Both the position numbers and the translations under genes were made by a program. This document shows, piece by piece, positions 23,484-27,284 of a stretch of 27,284 bases of DNA. The stretch is from a virus. Lineage: Duplodnaviria; Caudoviricetes. Under the pieces are notes generated by a model, which worked only from the letters and a program-made list of their open reading frames with translations, searched no databases and was not told the DNA's origin. Where the stretch lies: positions 1 to 27,284 of IMG/VR virus record IMGVR_UViG_3300033076_000665, one strand, 5' to 3'. Positions within the stretch are counted from its first letter, which is position 1, and every line of letters begins with the position of its first letter.

Positions 23484-23789
23484 TTAATCGTTTGTTTCTC
23501 TATTGACCGGTGCATCGCCGGCAAAATCGCGCCGTCCACGCGGTCGAACGGCCACCACTTCCTTTGTTGGATGAGGGCAATCGTCTGGCGGCGTGACAAC
23601 ACACCAGATCGGCGTGTATCGCTGTCCGTTTTGTTCCCACCTGTCGATGTAGGTGTCGGGCATGAACTTGAGATACTTCGTGACATTGTATTTGTCCCTA
23701 TCAGTGAGCTCCGCTAGTTTGGCAGCGGTGAAGCCGTCTGGGTGCGCACGCAGCAGCGAGCGCAGGTCTCGTACTAATCCTGTTCTCAT
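23484..23789 (-). CDS. Putative winged-helix DNA-binding phage protein
   Basis: LLRAHPDGFTAAKLAELT...MPDTYIDRW...WCVVTPPDDCPHP. ATGA overlap with the upstream gene. Confidence 0.65.
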   Translation of the reverse strand: MRTGLVRDLRSLLRAHPDGFTAAKLAELTDRDKYNVTKYLKFMPDTYIDRWEQNGQRYTPIWCVVTPPDDCPHPTKEVVAVRPRGRRDFAGDAPVNRETND

Positions 23790-24073
23790 TTCTCGTGCTT
23801 GTTCTTGAAGGGTTTAACAGATACCGTTGCGCGTGAGTACACGCCAAACTGTTTGTACGCAATAATTTCTTCTTCGCGCTTGCGTGACATGCCTTTCATG
23901 TACCCAACATCTTCACCCTTGGCGCGGCGTGTGTCCACACTGTCGGATGCGATTTGGCCAGTCGTTTTTCCCGATTCTCCTTTTGGTCTGAAGTACGAGT
24001 CCTGCACGAAGATGCTGTCGCGCTGGTGCTTGTGCCACAGGAAGGGGGAGTGTTCATTACACGTGCATTGCAT
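23786..24073 (-). CDS. Hypothetical protein (95 aa)
   Basis: GGAGA RBS. The stop overlaps the next ATG. Confidence 0.65.
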   Translation of the reverse strand: MQCTCNEHSPFLWHKHQRDSIFVQDSYFRPKGESGKTTGQIASDSVDTRRAKGEDVGYMKGMSRKREEEIIAYKQFGVYSRATVSVKPFKNKHEK

Positions 24074-24443
24074 TCATATCTCCTGACATGCGTTGCAGCA
24101 ACTCTTTGGCTGCCGCCCGAGCGCGATAGTCTGCGTGAACCTGCTTACGGCTCTTTGACGGACGGGGTGCGTCCACACCTTTGCCCAGCATGTAGATGCG
24201 CGTCTGGTGTCTGCCCTCGCCGTCCCACGTCACGATAAACGCAGCGCCCGACTTGTGCAGGTGGTACGTGTAGTCGTAAACGGTCAGGATGTGCAAGCCG
24301 GTTTCTTCTGCCAACTCACGACAGGTGCGTGTCCCTTCCATCAACAGGCGTATCAGTAGCGCGTAGGTGAACGCCCCCATCTTCTTTGCCCGCTTGGCTC
24401 CGGGCTTCCTGCGCCCCGTCACGTCCATGTTGGTCTTGATCAT
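24057..24443 (-). CDS. Winged helix-turn-helix protein
   Basis: LLMEGTRTCRELAEETGLHILTVYDYTYHLHKSG. AAGGAG RBS before the ATG at 24443. Confidence 0.75.
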   Translation of the reverse strand: MIKTNMDVTGRRKPGAKRAKKMGAFTYALLIRLLMEGTRTCRELAEETGLHILTVYDYTYHLHKSGAAFIVTWDGEGRHQTRIYMLGKGVDAPRPSKSRKQVHADYRARAAAKELLQRMSGDMNAMHV

Positions 24444-24639
24444 TTGTGTTCTCCTTACTGCCGAAAATTTTGTTCCAGTTCGCAGCGAACGCTGCGTCAT
24501 CGCGCTGTTTTCTTGGTGCGCTGCCCTTGCCGCCATCACTCATGGTTCTTCTCCTTGACTCAGTGGTCGCCTTAAGTGCCCATATAACAAACATCCCGGC
24601 GATAAACGCCAGCAATAAATCCCACTCTGCTTCACTCAT
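24316..24639 (-). CDS. Small membrane peptide in frame with an MSDGGKGS...NWNKIFG peptide (second start at 24543)
   Basis: Both ATGs have RBS (GGGAGAAGAAC, AAGGAGAAGAAC). Hydrophobic segment LLLAFIAGMFVIWAL. The 3' part overlaps the next gene by 128 nt, so the functional extent is uncertain. Confidence 0.5.
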   Translation of the reverse strand: MSEAEWDLLLAFIAGMFVIWALKATTESRRRTMSDGGKGSAPRKQRDDAAFAANWNKIFGSKENTNDQDQHGRDGAQEARSQAGKEDGGVHLRATDTPVDGRDTHLS

Positions 24640-25262
24640 GCGTTCTTCTCCCGCAGCTTGGCTTCGATGGCGCGGACAAATGCAAGCCACCCCTGTTGTT
24701 CACGCACGGTGTCGTTTATTTCCAATATTTCCTCTTTTGTCAGCCCTACCCACGGCTTGCTTGCTGGTGGGGATGTGTAGAGCTTTTTGTTTTCCATCTC
24801 CAGTGCAATTTGAACTTGCTTGATGTCACCCGCATACAAAGCATTCATCGCACCCCACACTTCTTTGTATGTGACGGCCACCGGCTCCTGCTGCTGTGCT
24901 GGCTTAGGAAATGCCCGAGCACCTGCGGGTGGGGATGTGTAGAGGTTGTCTCCGCGCTTGACTCCAAGCTGAGTCAGCAAGCTGTCGTTGTTGTAAACAT
25001 CCTCCACGCGACAAAACGGTATAGTCGCCACCGGCTCCTGCTGCTGTGCTGGCTGCTCTTCGTCACTACGTGACTGTGCCCCGTCCGGTACGGACATAAG
25101 TGCTTCGCTTTTGCTCGCTAAAGCTACGCGAATGGCGGTGATGGCTGTAAATGCCTCATTGAGCAAAGACTGATTGGGAAGCCCTGCGTCAATCATGTAG
25201 TAGTGGCATTTTTTCAACGCCTCCAGCGCCAGCTTCAAAGCCTCTGTTTTCTTGTCAGTCAT
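24636..25262 (-). CDS. Modular hypothetical protein (EALKLALE / QPAQQQEPVA / LYTSPP / WVGLT..AIEAKLREKN modules)
   Basis: Start at 25262 by ATGA overlap. Contains internal repeated peptide modules. Confidence 0.75.
   Translation of the reverse strand: MTDKKTEALKLALEALKKCHYYMIDAGLPNQSLLNEAFTAITAIRVALASKSEALMSVPDGAQSRSDEEQPAQQQEPVATIPFCRVEDVYNNDSLLTQLGVKRGDNLYTSPPAGARAFPKPAQQQEPVAVTYKEVWGAMNALYAGDIKQVQIALEMENKKLYTSPPASKPWVGLTKEEILEINDTVREQQGWLAFVRAIEAKLREKNA
24877..25054. repeat. 28-bp direct repeat (24877-24904 / 25027-25054) encoding PAQQQEPVA
   Basis: gccaccggctcctgctgctgtgctggct is present twice. Shorter copies lie near 25493, 25566, 25645 and 25787. Confidence 0.9.
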
Positions 25263-25348
25263 TTCAATACTCCAGTGATAACGCCGATCAAATACCCGAG
25301 CGTAAAAGCAACCATTGGATGGCAAAGAAATTTGAATACCTTATCCAT
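25259..25348 (-). CDS. 29-aa membrane peptide MDKVFKFLCHPMVAFTLGYLIGVITGVLK; not in the ORF track
   Basis: AAGGAGAAGAACA-ATG RBS. The stop overlaps the next ATG (ATGA). Hydrophobic with GxxxGxxxG. Confidence 0.65.
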   Translation of the reverse strand: MDKVFKFLCHPMVAFTLGYLIGVITGVLK

Positions 25349-25934
25349 TGTTCTTCTCCTTGAGCTGCTGCGCCACTTCCGGAAGGTCATGCCATGAGTG
25401 CAGTGATAGTTCTGCTGGCTGTCCTTTGAGAGCGTTTGCAGTGCGTGTCAGGATGTCTGCAAGCTGATCGCGTTGCGCTGTAAGTTCTTCAAGCTCCTGC
25501 TGCTGTGCTGGCTGTGGGGCAGGATAGATGCACTCACCACCAAAACACTCTCCGTGTTCCATGCACTGCTGCTGTGCTTTGAATGCCGCAAGATCTTTGC
25601 TCAGACGCTCGCACTCGGGGCAGTAGCAGGACTGTCCTTGATCTTGTGCTGGCTGTGGCTCAGAAAAGCCTAGCATTTTGTTGGTAGTTCTTGCCATATT
25701 CCACGCTGCACGAAACGCCTCGTTGGTTTGGAAACCGACATCGCGTTCGTAATCGGCAAGCGTGGGCCATGCGTAGTCAGTACGTTGCTGTGCTGGCTGC
25801 TCGGCCAGTGCGGAGCGGATGGAGTTCATTACATCATTTGAACAGCATGGAGCATAGCCAACACTTTTTCCGCTGTGTATCCATTCGTGCCACTCCAGCG
25901 CCAGCTTCAAAGCCTCTGTTTTCTTGTCAGTCAT
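25341..25934 (-). CDS. Modular hypothetical protein (EALKLALE / QPAQ linkers / Cys motifs / LKEKN end)
   Basis: AAGGAG RBS and ATGA overlap. CYCPEC and CMEHGECFGGEC modules lie between QPAQ linkers. Confidence 0.75.
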   Translation of the reverse strand: MTDKKTEALKLALEWHEWIHSGKSVGYAPCCSNDVMNSIRSALAEQPAQQRTDYAWPTLADYERDVGFQTNEAFRAAWNMARTTNKMLGFSEPQPAQDQGQSCYCPECERLSKDLAAFKAQQQCMEHGECFGGECIYPAPQPAQQQELEELTAQRDQLADILTRTANALKGQPAELSLHSWHDLPEVAQQLKEKNNG

Positions 25935-26098
25935 TTCGTCTCCTTCAATCGGCACTCATAAACCGTATCGCTGATGCGAAAAGAACCAAGCGTTCTGCAA
26001 TCTGTGGCAATAGAGGCTGCGCTGATAATCCAAACAAGACAGAGTACAGCAGCAACACAAATTGCTATGACGAAATTCAAAAATGGATCGTCAGTCAT
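25931..26098 (-). CDS. Small single-pass membrane protein (55 aa)
   Basis: Hydrophobic helix FVIAICVAAVLCLVWIISAASI followed by C..LGSF.....YEC. AGGAG RBS. Confidence 0.7.
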   Translation of the reverse strand: MTDDPFLNFVIAICVAAVLCLVWIISAASIATDCRTLGSFRISDTVYECRLKETK

Positions 26099-26346
26099 TT
26101 CATTTCTCCTCTTGCTCGGATGGCTGCGGCGCACCTTCTTGCTTCCATGTCTTCACGGTTGTTATCTCCCATGTACCTTGCATCACACACCTTCGCACAC
26201 GCCTCGTTTTCTTCTGCTCTCGCGGCAGCAGCACCAGCGGCGTAGACAAGCTCACACAATCGGCGCACTTCAGGCCAGACACCGACAGACGCAAACCCCT
26301 CGGCTTCAACTTGCCGCGCCATCTTGATGATGTCTTCTCTGTTCAT
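26095..26346 (-). CDS. Conserved phage hypothetical protein (REDII.MAR / EACAKVC / CAAAIRARG family)
   Basis: Motif set common in small proteobacterial phage proteins. Coupled overlaps at both ends. Confidence 0.75.
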   Translation of the reverse strand: MNREDIIKMARQVEAEGFASVGVWPEVRRLCELVYAAGAAAARAEENEACAKVCDARYMGDNNREDMEARRCAAAIRARGEMK

Positions 26347-26528
26347 TCACTTTCTCCTTTCTTACACGTGCAGCATCGACCTTGGTCGCAGTCCCCGGTG
26401 CACTCCGACTTCTCAGCCAGCAGTGCAAGCAGGAAGCTGATGAGCGTGCCCATGATCACCGACACAGCGGCGATCACGAGTACCATGTAGAAAAAGTACG
26501 TGGCAAGTTGCCAAAGTCCGTAGCTCAT
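26343..26528 (-). CDS. Small membrane protein with C-terminal CTGDCDQGRCCTC motif (61 aa)
   Basis: Start at 26528 with AAGGAG RBS. Long hydrophobic stretch. Paralog of the next gene. Confidence 0.75.
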   Translation of the reverse strand: MSYGLWQLATYFFYMVLVIAAVSVIMGTLISFLLALLAEKSECTGDCDQGRCCTCKKGESE

Positions 26529-26707
26529 TTCATTTCTCCTTTGTCGCACGTACAGCTCCGTCCTTGGTCGCAGTCGCCAGTGCATTTACTCTGAGGTACG
26601 AACGCGACGAGTAGCTGCAAGATGCTGCCAACAACGACAACAACCGCAGCTACTACCACGACACCGTAGAACATCGACAGCAATAAATTCCACAGTCCGA
26701 TCGTCAT
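26525..26707 (-). CDS. Small membrane protein with C-terminal CTGDCDQGRSCTC motif (60 aa)
   Basis: Start at 26707 with GAGGTG RBS. Long hydrophobic stretch. Paralog of the previous gene. Confidence 0.75.
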   Translation of the reverse strand: MTIGLWNLLLSMFYGVVVVAAVVVVVGSILQLLVAFVPQSKCTGDCDQGRSCTCDKGEMK

Positions 26708-26717
26708 TTCACACCTC

Positions 26718-27278
26718 TCAGGCAAACAGTTCTTTGAGGTAATCGTACACCGCTTTGGCCTGCTTTGGTGTCAAACGTTCAACAATTTTTTCAGCACTGA
26801 ACTCGTCTTGTACTGACGTGTTTGCAACAGATTGAACCGCTGCTTTTGTTTTAGGTTTCTTCTGCTCAGCCTGCTGCTCTTTGAGCTTTTTACGCGCAGC
26901 GCTGCCTTTGAGTGGGCGGTACTCCGTCGTGGCTGCAGCCAGTTTCCCATAGCCGTCTTCTGTCACCAGCCCCTGTGCAACCAACTGCCCGAGGATGGAC
27001 GTTGTCGAGCTTTTCTTGAAGCCTTGCTGCTCCAGTGCGTTGGAGATTTCAATACGCTTCTTGCCGGGGTTGTTGAGCACGTAGTCGAATGTGACGCGTG
27101 TCACGTTGTTGGTCACTGTGAAGTATGGGCGTTCTGTTTGCATGGTTGGTTGCTCCTTTGTGTTGTACTCGATCTTTGCTGCGTTGCCTTCGTCATCCCA
27201 CTCGTCGGGGATGGGAGAGAAGTGCGCTTGCGTTTGGGTCATGGCTTTTGCAAAAGCCTCTTGGATGGAAGAAGACAT
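26718..27278 (-). CDS. Hypothetical protein with winged-helix-like central domain; start uncertain (27278, 27143 or beyond the window)
   Basis: TFDYVLNNPG..R.EI...L...G.KKSSTTSILGQLVAQGLV resembles a wHTH. The frame remains open to the window edge. Confidence 0.7.
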   Translation of the reverse strand: MSSSIQEAFAKAMTQTQAHFSPIPDEWDDEGNAAKIEYNTKEQPTMQTERPYFTVTNNVTRVTFDYVLNNPGKKRIEISNALEQQGFKKSSTTSILGQLVAQGLVTEDGYGKLAAATTEYRPLKGSAARKKLKEQQAEQKKPKTKAAVQSVANTSVQDEFSAEKIVERLTPKQAKAVYDYLKELFA

Positions 27279-27284
27279 GATGAC

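Larger units (their letters stand above)
25221..25937. repeat. 45-bp perfect direct repeat (25221-25265 / 25893-25937) covering the first 14 codons of two genes
   Basis: ctccagcgccagcttcaaagcctctgttttcttgtcagtcatttc is identical at both sites and encodes MTDKKTEALKLALE. Confidence 0.95.

Noticed and set aside
24766-25937. Interspersed repeats as a possible CRISPR array or DGR template/variable pair
   Set aside because: Spacing is irregular, the repeats are in-frame coding, there are no adenine-specific mismatches, and no cas or reverse transcriptase gene is in the window.

Overview
This window is a fragment of a tailed dsDNA phage genome, probably podovirus-like. GC content is moderately high, and a proteobacterial host is plausible but cannot be shown from the sequence. 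The + strand (<1-10229) carries the end of the virion module: two Gln/Ala-rich ejection (internal virion) proteins and a ~2426-aa large polyvalent protein with an HExxH metallopeptidase motif and an LPD38-like C-terminus. The - strand (10183-~21965) carries a replication/recombination module: RepB-type primase fused to a DUF927-type helicase, HTH regulator, probable SSB, SNF2 helicase, small HNH protein, PD-(D/E)XK exonuclease, family A DNA polymerase (Leu762 type) and VRR-NUC nuclease. This is followed by a free-standing HNH homing endonuclease, a DUF3310 protein and a dense array of small accessory genes built from repeated DNA/peptide modules. Best leads: (1) a ~125-nt intergenic candidate structured RNA with a loop-loop pseudoknot (23045-23170); (2) a homing endonuclease that appears to have taken over the original 5' end of the VRR-NUC gene; (3) a repeat-linked modular cassette array (24540-26710); (4) a UUCG hairpin inserted into the phage's standard ribosome binding site; (5) recurring short motifs (ADGG, QxDLF) in the ejected proteins. 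No tRNA, rRNA, CRISPR array or integrase was seen. All family assignments come from motif recognition by eye, not database searches.
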